From the NCBI GenBank assembly GCA_002269645.1, contig NIVC01002896.1:1-64000 (forward strand): a stretch of DNA of 64,000 bases, written 5' to 3'. Made by a program: the position numbers and the translations under genes. Shown here piece by piece: positions 46,242-57,712 of this stretch (its first letter is position 1; each line of letters begins with the position of its first letter). The stretch is from Macrostomum lignano. Lineage: Eukaryota. The notes under the pieces are model-generated. The model was given only the letters and a program-made list of their open reading frames with translations, was not told the DNA's origin and did no database searches.

Positions 46242-49200
46242 TACCTTATCGATGCCCATCCCAAAAGCCATGGTGGCCACCACCACGCGAACCCGGCCAG
46301 CCACCCAGTCGGTGTGGGCGGCTGCGCGCAGCCGGGAGTCCAGGCTGGCGTGGTAGCAGGCGGCGGGCAGGCGGGCGCGCTGCCGCAGGTGGTCGGTGAG
46401 CTGCTCGGCCTCGCGCTGGGTGCAGCAGTACACAATGCCCGACTGGCCTGCGAACTCGCCGCGAATCAGTTCGGCAACTGCCTGCAGCGGGGTGCGGGGA
46501 CTGGCTGGATTAGCTACTGAGATGGCTGGATTAGCTACTGAGATGGCTGGATTAGCTACTGAGATGGCTGGATTAGCTACTGAGATGGCCAGATTAGCTA
46601 CTGAGATGACCGGATTAGCTACTGAGACGGCCGGATTAGCTACTGAGATGACCGGATTAGCTACTGAGACGGCTGGATTAGCTACTGAGATGGCTGGTTA
46701 GCTATTTAGATGACCGGATTAGCTACTGAGACGGCCGGATTAGCTACTGAGATGGCCGGGTTAGCTACTGAGATGGCTAATTAGCTACTGAGATGGCGGG
46801 ATTAGCTACTGAGATGGCTGGTTAGCTATTTAGATGACCGGATTAGCTACTGAGACGGCCGGATTAGCTACTGAGATGACCGGATTAGCTACTGAGACGG
46901 CTGGATTAGCTACTGAGATGGCTGGTTAGCTATTTAGATGACCGGATTAGCTACTGAGACGGCTGGATTAGCTACTGAGATGGCTGGTTAGCTACTGAGA
47001 TGGCTGGTTAGCTACTGAGATGGCTGGTTAGCTACTGAGATGGCTGGTTAGCTATTTAGATGACCGGATTAGCTACTGAGACGGCCGGATTATCTACTGA
47101 GATGGCTGGATTAGCTACAGAGATGGCCGGATTAGCTACTGAGATGGCTGGTTAGCTATTTAGATGACCGGATTAGCTACTGAGACGGCCGGATTAGCTA
47201 CTGAGATGGCCGGATTAGCTATTTAGATGACCGGATTAGCTACTAAGACGGCCGGATTAGCTACTGAGACGGCCGGATTAGCTACTGAGATGGCTGGTTA
47301 GCTATTTAGATGACCGGATTAGCTACTGAGACGGCCGGATTAGCTACTGAGATGGCCGGATTAGCTACTGAGATGGCTGGATTAGCTATTTAGATGACTG
47401 GATTAGCTACTGAGATGGCTGGTTAGCTATTTAGATGACCGGATTAGCTACTGAGACGGCCGGATTAGCTACTGGGGTGCCCGCATTAGCCACTGGGATA
47501 AAAGGCAAATACCCACCTGCATAGAGTCAGCAGGCTTGGGCAGCACTCTGTAGAGCAGGTTGGGACGGTCGAAGCCGCCCCTGAGCAGCAGGCAGTCGCT
47601 GCTCAAGCCGAGCATGTCGCGAACATCGGCCAGCACCCTGTCGGAGGCGGTGGCGGTCAAGCCGATGGTCGGCACGCCGGGAAACTGGCGCCTCAGCACG
47701 CCGAGAAATTTGTAATCCGGCCGGAAGTCGTGACCCCACTGGCTGCAGCAGTGCACCTCGTCAATAGCCACTCGGGACAGCTGGCCGGCCGAGTGCAGCT
47801 TCTCAAGGCCGGCCATCAGGCGGCGGCTTTTGGCCAGCCGCTCTGGGGTGGCGTACAGAAGCTTCAACCGGCCGGCAGCCGCCTCATCCAGGGCGCGCTT
47901 CGTGTCCGACTAAGGAGATGGAATGGGGGAACAGGTGGGTACGCTGAGATGGGAGACGGGAACAGGGATCAAAGGGGATAATCAGATGGGATCAGGGATC
48001 ACAGGGGATAATCAGATGGGATCAGGGATCACAGGATATAGTCAGATGGGATTTGGGATCACAGGGGATAATCAGATGGGATCAGGAATCACAGGGGATA
48101 ATCAGATGGGATCAGGGATCACAGGGGATAATCAGATGGGATCAGGGATCACAGGAAATAATCAGATGGAATCAGGGATCAGGGATCACGGGGGATAATC
48201 AGATGGGATCTGGGATTACAGGGGATAATCAGATGGGATCAGGGATCACAGGGAATAATCAGATGGGATCAGGGATCACAGGGGATATCAGATGGGATCA
48301 GGGATCACAGGGGATAATCAGATGGGATCAGGGATCACAGGGGATAATCAGATGGGATCAGGAATCACAGGGGATAATCAGATGGGATCAGGGATCACAG
48401 GAAATAATCAGATGGAATCAGGGATCAGGGATCACGGGGGATAATCAGATGGGATCTGGGATTACAGGGGATAATCAGATGGGATCAGGGATCACAGGGA
48501 ATAATCAGATGGGATCAGGGATCACAGGGGATATCAGATGGGATCAGGGATCACAGAGGATCATCAGATGGGATCAGGGATCACAGGGGACAAATCAGAT
48601 GGGATCAGGGATCACAGGGGATCATCAGATGGGATCAGGGATCACAGGGGACAAATCAGATGGGATCAGGGATCACAGGGGATCATCAGATGGGATCAGG
48701 GATCACAGGGGACAAATCAGATGGGATCAGGGATCGCAGGTAATAATCAGATGGGATCTGGGATCACAGGGGATAATCAGATGGGATCAGGGATCACAGG
48801 GGATATCAGATGGGATCAGGGATCACAGGGGATCATCAGATGGGATCAGGGATCACAGGGGACAAATCAGATGGGATCAGGGATCACAGGGGATCATCAG
48901 ATGGGATCAGGGATCACGGGACAAATCAGATGGGATCAGGGATCGCAGGTAATAATCAGATGGGATCTGGGATCAACAGGGGATAATCAGATTGGATCTG
49001 GGATCACAGGGGATAATCAGATGGGATCTGGGATCACAGGGGATCATCATTCTGACCTGAGCGCAGCCAGCGCTGAGCTGTACAGCAGGCACTCCGATCC
49101 GGTCCAGCGCCATGACCTGGTCCTCCATCAGCGACACCAGCGGGGACACGCACAGAGTCAGCCCCCTGCTGAGCAGAGCCGGCAGCTGATAGCAGAGACT

Positions 49201-49572
49201 CTTGCCAGCTCCCGTGGGCATCACCAGCAGGCAGTCCCGTCCGGACATGGTGGCGTTGACCGCCCGCAGCTGCAGTGGCCGGAACTCGGACAGGCCGAAC
49301 CGGTCGCGCAGCAGCTGGCCGGCCTCGGCTGACCAGGCGAAGCCGCCGGCGCTGTCGAACTCGTCCGGCCGAGGCGCCGGCGCCGCGTTGGCGCCAGCGG
49401 CTGCTTCGGCCCTGTCGCGGCGTCGCAGAATAGCGGCTCGCCTGTCACTAATGCGAGCTTTCAATTCCTTCAGTCGGCGAATGTCGGCGCTGAGGCGGGC
49501 GAGCTCGGCGTCCAGCTGCTCGAGCTCGGTTGCCTCGTCCGGGACGGCCTGATGCGGCTGCGGCTGCTGGGC
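44906..49572 (-). CDS. RECQL: RecQ1 ATP-dependent DNA helicase; no genomic start codon found
   Basis: join(49572-49057, 47909-47517, 46481-46245, 45999-45565, 45292-44906) = 1968 nt, all phase 0. Motifs: [48 protein letters not shown], Zn site CRR...CQAMCDWC, winged-helix hairpin [14 protein letters not shown]. Confidence 0.92.
45565..45999 (-). CDS. RECQL: RECQ1 exon 4
   Basis: PDVRFVIHH...[10 protein letters not shown]...Zn-binding. An alternative donor at 45544 is possible. Confidence 0.9.
46135..46238. repeat. (GACA)n intronic microsatellite
   Basis: Begins directly after the GTAAGA donor. Confidence 0.95.
46245..46481 (-). CDS. RECQL: RECQ1 exon 3
   Basis: SGIVYC...YHA...[14 protein letters not shown]. 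Confidence 0.93.
46500..47475. repeat. 21-nt intronic minisatellite (GAGATGGCTGGATTAGCTACT)
   Basis: Fills nearly the whole intron. Confidence 0.95.
47517..47909 (-). CDS. RECQL: RECQ1 exon 2
   Basis: KLLYATPER...[18 protein letters not shown]...LTATA. Confidence 0.95.
47940..49050. repeat. 29-30 nt intronic minisatellite (CAGATGGGATCAGGGATCACAGGGGATAAT)
   Basis: Fills nearly the whole intron; includes block duplications. Confidence 0.95.
49057..49572 (-). CDS. RECQL: RECQ1 exon 1 (opens at an acceptor, no ATG)
   Basis: TATTCCAG|GCC CAG CAG...[12 protein letters not shown]...[11 protein letters not shown]...[15 protein letters not shown]. Confidence 0.9.
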
Positions 49573-49604
49573 CTGGAATAGCAGCGGGAATGCCGGGAGG
49601 CGGT

Positions 49605-49820
49605 TTACAAGCTCGAAACTTCACAAGCTCAACTCAAACTTTACAAGATCGAGGCTTCATGAACTCAAAACTTTACAAGCTCGAGGCTTCATGAACTCAA
49701 AACTTTACAAGCTCGAGGCTTCATGAACTCAAAACTTTACAAGCTCGAGGCTTCATGAACTCAAAACTTTACAAGCTCGAGGCTTCATGAACTCAAAACT
49801 TCACAAGCTCGAGGCTTCAG
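49605..49820. repeat. 32-nt tandem repeat (TTACAAGCTCGAGGCTTCATGAACTCAAAACT)
   Basis: About 6 units just upstream of the RECQ1 acceptor. Confidence 0.92.
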
Positions 49821-50149
49821 AAGCTAAAGTCGTCTATTACCCTTCTAGCAGTCACGTGACTTAACTAATACTTAGTCCATATTTTATTCTAAGCATTTGC
49901 TTCAAAAAAAATTGTACAAGAAAACGAAAATTATTAACTAGCTCAAATTTCTATTGTCAATCAGTGAATTTATTGAGTGATAAAAGCCAGAGCCACGACT
50001 GGCTGCTAGCAGAGCGAATGAAAACAGTGAACTGTCAATTAGTGCGTTTCATTCTACTACAACTATCTTAGCATTGTGACCACAGGGATTTTCAATCCTT
50101 GACAATTTATTACTATCAAATGAAACTAACAAGTATATCTGGGAGAGAA

Positions 50150-50685
50150 TGACCGCCCACAGATGGACTGGGGAGGGGTGACAGCCCACAGATGGACTAG
50201 GGGAGGGGTGACTGCCCTCAGATGGACTAGGGGAGGGGTGACCGCCCACAGATGGACTAGGGGAGGGGTGACTGCCCTCAGATGGACTAGGGGAGGGGTG
50301 ACTGCCCTCAGATGGACTAGGGGAGGGGTGACTGCCCTCAGATGGACTAGGGGAGGGGTGACCGCCCACAGATGGACTGGGGAGGGGTGACAGCCCACAG
50401 ATGGACTGGGGAGGGGTGACAGCCCACAGATGGACTAGGGGAGGGGTGACTGCCCTCAGATGGACTGGGGGAGGGGTGACTGCCCTCAGATGGACTAGGG
50501 GAGGGGGTGACAGCCCACAGATGGACTGGGGGAGGGGTGACAGCCCTCAGATGGACTAGGGGAGGGGTGACAGCCCTCAGATGGACTAGGGGAGGGGTGA
50601 CTGCCCTCAGATGGACTGGGGAGGGGTGACTGCCCTCAGATGGACTGGGGAGGGGTGACAGCCCACAGATGGACTGGGGGAGGAC
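50150..50685. repeat. 30-nt G-rich minisatellite (CAGATGGACTAGGGGAGGGGTGACTGCCCT)
   Basis: About 18 units. Confidence 0.93.
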
Positions 50686-51224
50686 AGCACAAGGATGAAA
50701 TCGACTCTTGCTGAAAATTATGCACGAAAATACTGGAGTTCGAGTTAACAGGGCAGTAAAAAACGTGAGTAGTAGAACATGCATCTGAGCAGAATTTTCA
50801 TATAAAATTAGTCGCAAATACATTACATGTATGCAATTACAAAACCATGGTTTTACAGTGCAATCAACAAAGCGCAATAAATCTTTAAAAAACGCATGCA
50901 AATCTAATCACCGTAACTAGGCAAGAGCAGTTACAATAATTATATACTACTCAGTAAATACTCGAGTAGCACTCTGAATACACTTATCAATCATTGCATC
51001 ATCAAATCAATAATTTATAACTAAAGTTTGGCCGCCAAAATGGAAGCCTTGATATAAATTTCAATTGCTATCAAACAGAAGATGCATATACACTACTAAG
51101 ACTGGTATATACTACTTTTCTAATTGACTGGAAAAAATTATTTAGAGGCACATTGTTCAGTTCAGTTTACATATATCTGGCATTCTTAGCATTAGCCTAG
51201 TAGCTCTTAACATTATTAGCTAAG

Positions 51225-51615
51225 GTCATTTATAGATAGTTTAAGGTCACTAGTTGAGGTCATAGCCAAAGGTCACTAGTGGAGGTCATATAGATAGTCT
51301 AAGGCCATTAGCTCAGGTCATATAGATAGCCTAGGGTCATTAGCTCAGGTCACATAGATAGTCTAAGGTCACTAGCTCAGGTCATATAGATAAGTCTAAG
51401 GTCACTAGCTCAGGTCATATAGATAAGTCTAAGGTCACTAGCTCAGGTCATATAGATAAGTCTAAGGTCACTAGCTCAGGTCATATAGATAAGTCTAAGG
51501 TCACTAGCTCAGGTCATATAGATAAGTCTAAGGTCACTAGCTCAGGTCATATAGATAGTCTAAGGTCACTAGATCAGGTCATGTAGATAGCCTAAGGTCA
51601 ACTAGCTCAGGTTAT
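51225..51615. repeat. 32-33 nt minisatellite (AGGTCATATAGATAAGTCTAAGGTCACTAGCTC)
   Basis: About 11 units downstream of the CCDC22 stop. Confidence 0.93.
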
Positions 51616-51747
51616 GCATTGTCTTCAAAGCCCCTTCATTGCTGCTCATGCCAGAAAACTCAAACACAAGAACTCAAATGAAATCACATGTTAGAGTAGG
51701 CAGGCACAACATATCGGCACCATAAAGAACAGCCAGTTGCCCCAACT

Positions 51748-52052
51748 CTATCCAGACGCGGCAGCAGCAGCGGCAGCCGCCTTCAAAGCTTTGTTAGCCC
51801 GTTTCAATTCGGCCAAATCTGCCGCCAGCTTGTCGGCGTTCTCCTCCATCCGGCGTCGACGCTCCACAAGGATGTGATCTTCCAGGTCGATGGTCTCCTT
51901 CTGCAGAGTCGATTTGTCCTCTTCACAGCGCAGAACGGCGTCGCAGTGCTGGTGCAGGCCGGCTAGCAGTTTGTACAGCCGCTTGCCAGTGGGATCAGAA
52001 GCTCCAGAGAATACGGCCTCGTCCGCCACGCGATAGGTGCGGTCCAGTTTGC
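51748..52052 (-). CDS. CCDC22: CCDC22 exon 3
   Basis: GKLDRTYRVADEAVF...YKLLAGLHQHC. Confidence 0.92.
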
Positions 52053-55000
52053 CTGTTTTGATTGGGAATTGAATTTTTTATCCCCTGATAGTGTAGCGAT
52101 TTTTGTCCCCTGTGACTACGGATTTTAATCCCCTGTGACTGTAGGGATCTTATTCCCCAAGTGACTGTAGGGATTTTTATCCCGATGTGACTGTAAGGAT
52201 TTTTATTCCGTGACTGTAGGGATTTTTATCCTCAGTGACTGTAGGGATTTTATCTTTTTTATCCCCAGTGACTGTAAGGATTTTTATCCCCTGTGACTAT
52301 AGGGATTTTTATCCCCTGTGACTATAGGAATTTTTATCCCCTGTGACTATAGGGATTTTTATCCCCTGTGATTATAGGGATTTTCATTTCGTGACTGTGG
52401 CCATTTTTATCCCGGCCCTGTGACTGTAGGGATTTTATCTTTTTTATCCCCAGTGACTGTAAGGACTTTTATCCCCTGTGACTATAGGGATTTTCATCCC
52501 CTGTGACTATAGGGATTTTCATTTCGTGACTGTGGCCATTTTTATCCCGGCCCTGTGACTGTAGGCATTTTCATCCCGTGACTGTAGGGATTTTAATCCT
52601 CTGAGACTGTAGGGATTTTAATCCCCTGAGACTGTAGGGATTTGCATCCCCTGAGACTGTAGGGATTTTCATTCCCTGAGATTGTAGGGATTTTAATCCC
52701 CTGAGACTGGAGCAATTTTCATCCCCTGTGACTATAGGGATTTTCAACCCTGGGATTCTGGGGATTCACCATTGTTATCCCTTGTTAATGCTTCGATTTT
52801 TATCCAATGTGACTGCAGGGATTTATATCCCCTGGAATTCTTGGGATTTACCAATTTTATCCCACCGGAATCCTGGGATTTTTGTAATTTTTTTGGATGA
52901 TTAGGATAATTGTCCCTTAGAGAATATTAGGACTTTCTAATAGAATAGGCTACTTCTTTATCCCATATTCCTTGAAAGAATCAAATTCGACAACCTCCCC
53001 CATCTCCAGCACCAACCAGTGAGCCGGTTAATCTCCTTCTGCGCCGCCCGCAGTTCGTCGCTAATCCGGCCCAGCTCGGCTCGCTGCTTCTTCAAATTGG
53101 CGGCAAAATCAAGCAGGCCGCGGGTCAGCTCCCGCCTGCGCGTCAGGCTCGGGTCGCCCTCGGCCAGGTGGCGGGCCAGCCGGTCGGCCGCCCGCTGCAG
53201 CAGCTCCCGTTCGGCCTCGCGGGCGCGCAGATCCTCCCGGCAGGCGGCCAAGTCGGCGCGGGATTCGCGCAGCTCGTCGAGGCGGCCGGCCAGCACGGAG
53301 CTGCGCGCGTCCAGCTCGGCTTGGAGGGCGCGGCGCTCCGCCTCCATGGCGGCCCGGCGCTCCGCCCACTGCTCGGACTGGCGGGCCAGCTTGGCCTCTT
53401 GAGCAGCCTGGAGCAGTGGCAGGGTTGGCACACAGAATAAACAGTTAAGCTTAAGGAGAATTTCGAATTCGGGATCTGTGCAAAGGAATATCGCATTCGC
53501 ATTGAAGCGAGTTGTCAGGGGCAATCCCCAGGAATTCTCTTAGACCGCCTTAAAATCCTCAGATGACTTGTTGTAAATAGTTTTCCGGCGAAATTCCTTC
53601 TATAATTCCCCCTGACATAGGATTCGTTTTGGTATTCCCCTTGTGATACCCTTTGACATTCATCTTTATGATTCCTACTCAAAGTTTTCCCTGACATGTG
53701 CTTTACTCTAGGATCTATCTGTAGGAATTCCCCTCAGGATTCACCCTGACATGTGCTTCACTATAGGATCCATCCGTAGGAATTCCCTCAGGATTCCCCC
53801 TGACATGTGCTTCACTATAGGATCTATCCGTAGGAATTCCCCTCAGGATTCCCCCTGACACGTGCTTCACTCTAGGATCTATCCGTAGGAATTCCCCCCA
53901 GGATTCCCCCTGACACGTGCTTCACTCTAGGATCTATCCGTAGGAATTCCTCTCAGGATTCTCCCTGACATGTGCTTCACTCTAGAATCTATCCGTAGGA
54001 ATTCCCTCAGGATTCCCCCTGACACGTGCTTCACTCTAGGATCTATCCGTAGGAATTCCTCTCAGGATTCTCTCTGACATGTGCCTCTGCATGAATCTTC
54101 CACTGAAGTACCTGCTGAAGTTAGCCTCACTAAAATCCCCCCCCGAAATTTCCCATAGGTCATAGGGAAGAAGAGGCAAGTGGCAAATCACCTGAGCCTC
54201 CTCCAGCCTGTCCGCCTCCCCAGCGGCCAGCAGCTCTGCCGCTCTCAGCCGGGTCTGAGCCTCCTGCCGCTCCCGCTGCTCCCACGCGTCGGCGGCGGCC
54301 TGCGCCTCGGCAGTTTGAGCGTCCAACTTGGCGGCCCGGCGCTCCGCTTTGCCCGTCGCCTTGGCAACCGCTTCAAGCTCGGCGCGCAGCCGTTCGAGAT
54401 CTTCCCGAGCCCGAGCTGCTCGCGCTTCGGCAGACTCGGTGGCCTCCGTCTCCGCAGATTTGAGCAGCTGCTGGTGCTCGTCGTTTGCGGACTTTTTCCG
54501 CGTCGGCTTCGGCGGCTTTGGCGGCGGCGGAGGTCGACGCCCGCCGGCAGCCTGTTTGACGGCGTCGGCAACAGCCTGGCGAAGCGAGCGCGGCAGCAAC
54601 TCGACGTCGACGCCGACACCACCGGACTCCGTGTCGGCTGTCGATGGTCTGGCGCCAATGGCGGCCTCCTCCTCGCGCCGCTCGGCCAGCAGCAGCGAAG
54701 CCGTCCATGACAGCAGCGAGGGGCCCGGCGCTGCCGAGGCCGCCCAACAGCCCGGCCGGCCGGCCGGACCGCAGAAAAACGGCAGGCCGCGCTGGAACTG
54801 CCGCACAGATGGCGGAATTTCAGAACCGGCCGCGGCCGGAGCGGCCCGGTTTGGCACGCACGGATAGACGGTGCGGAACCCGCAGGGGCCGCCGCCGCCG
54901 CCCTCAAAGCACAGGCCGCCCTGGCGGAGGGCGAGGCCGTCCGGCCTGCAGCAGGCGGGCAGCCAAGGCGCGGCCAGCTGGGCCCGGCACCTGGCCGCGA

Positions 55001-55391
55001 TCAGCCGGTCCAGCAGCTGCTGCCCAGACGCCCCAGTCAGGGCGTCCTTCAATTCCCCAGCCTCGTCCTTCGGCAGGCGCTCAACTAGGAACACCAGCAG
55101 CGAGCGGGCGTCTCGTTCGCTGGGGTACAGCAGGCTCTGATAGCCCAGCTCGCCTCTGTAGCCCAGGCCTCGGACAGCCTCGGCCAGCTGCTGTCCGATC
55201 CGGTAGCGAATGTTCATGCCGTCAGGCAGGGTGATGGAGAATGACTCGTCTGGTTGCATTAGTCGCAGGCAGCGGCCCACAGCTTCCACCATCATCTCGG
55301 CAGTGAGCTGGCCAATTGAGGTCACCTTCGGGTCCCAGTCGCAGCCAATGGAGACCAGCTGGCGAATAACGTTTCTGTCCACTTCCTCCAT
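51748..55391 (-). CDS. CCDC22: Coiled-coil domain-containing protein 22 (CCC/Commander subunit), 631 aa
   Basis: join(55391-54192, 53407-53017, 52052-51748) = 1896 nt. MEEVDR...LGYRGELGYQSLLYPSE...LLVFLVERLP; QKEINRLTGKLDRTYRVADEAVF. Confidence 0.93.
52075..52890. repeat. About 25-nt intronic minisatellite (GGGATTTTTATCCCCTGTGACTGTA)
   Basis: Degenerate units fill the intron. Confidence 0.9.
53017..53407 (-). CDS. CCDC22: CCDC22 exon 2
   Basis: Coiled coil; phases match both neighbours. Confidence 0.9.
53690..54085. repeat. About 55-nt intronic tandem repeat
   Basis: CCTGACA(C/T)GTGCTTCACTCTAGGATCTATCCGTAGGAATTCCCCTCAGGATTCCC, about 7 units. Confidence 0.92.
54192..55391 (-). CDS. CCDC22: CCDC22 exon 1
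   Basis: N-terminal CH-like domain; CAG|GTGATT donor. Confidence 0.93.
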
Positions 55392-56230
55392 TGGGTGGGA
55401 TGCTAACTGACTGTAATGGGGGATTGTTGCAATAAAAATGAATGTGTTTCAATAATACAACCAATTAAGCCTTGATAATTAGTCCTAGTTGTATTGAAAT
55501 TAAGTATCTAGACACCAAATTTAATGTGTTCCTAGTCATCATTCTTTCAGTTTGGATTTTAAGTGTGAAAAAATATGAAAAATTCCATTGCATCCTCATC
55601 AACCTAATCTTGATCCTTATCTTCATACATGCGCAACCCCCCCCCCAATTTACACTGGCCATGCAACTTATGTTAAATATTAGGAGTAACTATGACTGTA
55701 TTTATATCTATTTTAGCTAGGCCCTTGCCAGCCAGTCATTGGCAGGGTGTTGCGCATGTATGCCTCACCTTACCATTCTATTTCCGTTTGCATCAATCTC
55801 CACTTCATTAGATGTACCATCATTGATCATAAATTATCTGTATCAAATATTCATTGTCAATCATACTATTCCTTTGTCTTATATTCAAAGTTAAACATTC
55901 TGATGCAAGATTTAAAAAGATCCCATGCAATGTAAGAAACTTTAACAGAAATTAGTGCAGTATAATAAACTAGTTGTTGGCCCAATTATGTTTATATTAC
56001 AACACTCTTTGTAAAGATAATAAGAAAAATGAGTCCTAAGATTTGGGACCACAAATCCCAAGACTGGAAATCCCAGATTCCCAGGATTTGGGCCCAATCC
56101 TGAGATTTCAAGATCCTAGGATCCTAGGATTGCAATCCCTAGATATGGTTTAGAGAAGAGATAGATTAGGTTATAAAGTTTTAAATTGTTATTGAGCAAC
56201 ATAGAGCTACAGCTATTAATATTAAAGTTA

Positions 56231-57237
56231 TGGAAGTGCTTATCCCCACAGTACTATGCTGATAATTCCAATTTTATCCACACAGATCTGTGTTGATAAT
56301 TTCTAGCTTATTCCCACGGCAGCTTATTTAAATAGTTGCCACCATTCAATCAAGTCTATACACCTTGTCAATAATTCCAATTTTATTCACACAGATCCAT
56401 GTCAATAACCCATAATTTTATAGCTTATCTTACCCCCATGGCAGCTTATTTGATTATTTGAATAGAGAACCTTAAAATGAATATTCAAAAACCATCTATT
56501 TGTTTTCACTGTTTTACAAATCTTCGAAATAAACTACTAAATACTGAATAGTATCGAGCACTTTGTTAAAAAATTTCATCATTAAAAGGGTTAACCTACT
56601 AACTAATTGCTTCTTTGTATATGCCATGTGGCACAAAAATTTCTTTATAGGCCTAGTTTTCTACTTAGAATTAGATGGCAAATGCTAGATAGTAGTTTGT
56701 TATGAAAGTTGCTAATTAAATTGATAAATAGTTGACATTGGTTTTGTCAATATTTATTGAATGCCATTGATTCACTAATTATCATGCTTAATTTCTTATT
56801 TAGGCATTAATTTTAAAGACTAGCTTAGCTGCCAGCTTCACTTAGAACAACTGAATGACCCTCTAAGATCAAGGCAAACAAGACTTGCAAAATTCAAAAT
56901 TCAAAATGTAATAATAACGATAATAATACTAATAATATTGACAATATCGATTTTGGATGGAGAGTTAGCAAGATGTAAAAATAACACTGTCACACTGTGG
57001 TTTCAATGGAAAGTCGCAAAGATTGAAATAACAATTAGGCCTACTTTAAGCTACGCCTTATACGTTACAATAAAAATACTAATATGTAGCAACATTTAAC
57101 GTCAGTACACAAAACTAAACACAAACAACTGCACAATCTTAGCCGTGGGATAAGATGGAAATTATCGACACGGATCCGTGTGGATAAAATTGGAATTATC
57201 GAATATCGGCACGGGACCGTGGGGATAAGCACTTCCA
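56231..57237. mobile_element. About 1-kb foldback/MITE-like element with about 90-bp imperfect terminal inverted repeats
   Basis: 56231-56320 pairs with the revcomp of 57142-57237 (TGGAAGTGCTTATCCCCAC...GATAATTCCAATTTTATCCACAC). No TSD seen. Confidence 0.55.
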
Positions 57238-57712
57238 AAAATTATAGCCACTGCGAAAACATTCTGATATCAAACGACGAAGATTGTGTCCTAACTACTA
57301 TTTCCGCTCGTTCGACGTTCACATGACTTATCTTTCCTTCACAATTTATTAGGCCTATTTTTACTGCTATCAAGTTTGCAGACAACTAGCTAGCAGTTTC
57401 GTGGATTGAATAATTTTAAATAAAGTTACCTGCTTAAACAAAACAATATCCCAAAAACTTTTAAAATCGTTTAAGAGATAATTTACTGTCATATTATGTA
57501 GAATAAAAATAACTATTATTGTTAAATTGGTTTGTTTAGAAATTTTTACTCTAATTTTTTTCATTTACTTAAAATTTATTAGGCTTGAAATACTTTTTAA
57601 TGTTAAACATACGTCTAAGTAGAAGTTCCTGTTCTTTATCTTAAATTCTTTGAATATTATAGGTAAACGGCTGAACTATCTTCTACCCCATAGAGCTTAA
57701 TCACGGGCAAAA

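Noticed and set aside
49600-51000. ATG micro-exon candidates for RECQ1
   Set aside because: Those found hit stops (ATG GAC TAA, ATG GTT TTG TAA) or end in the wrong phase. The manual search is not exhaustive.
53019-55234. Overlapping antisense and alternate-frame ORFs across CCDC22 (likewise over KCC and RECQ1 exons)
   Set aside because: Shadows of GC-rich coding sequence.
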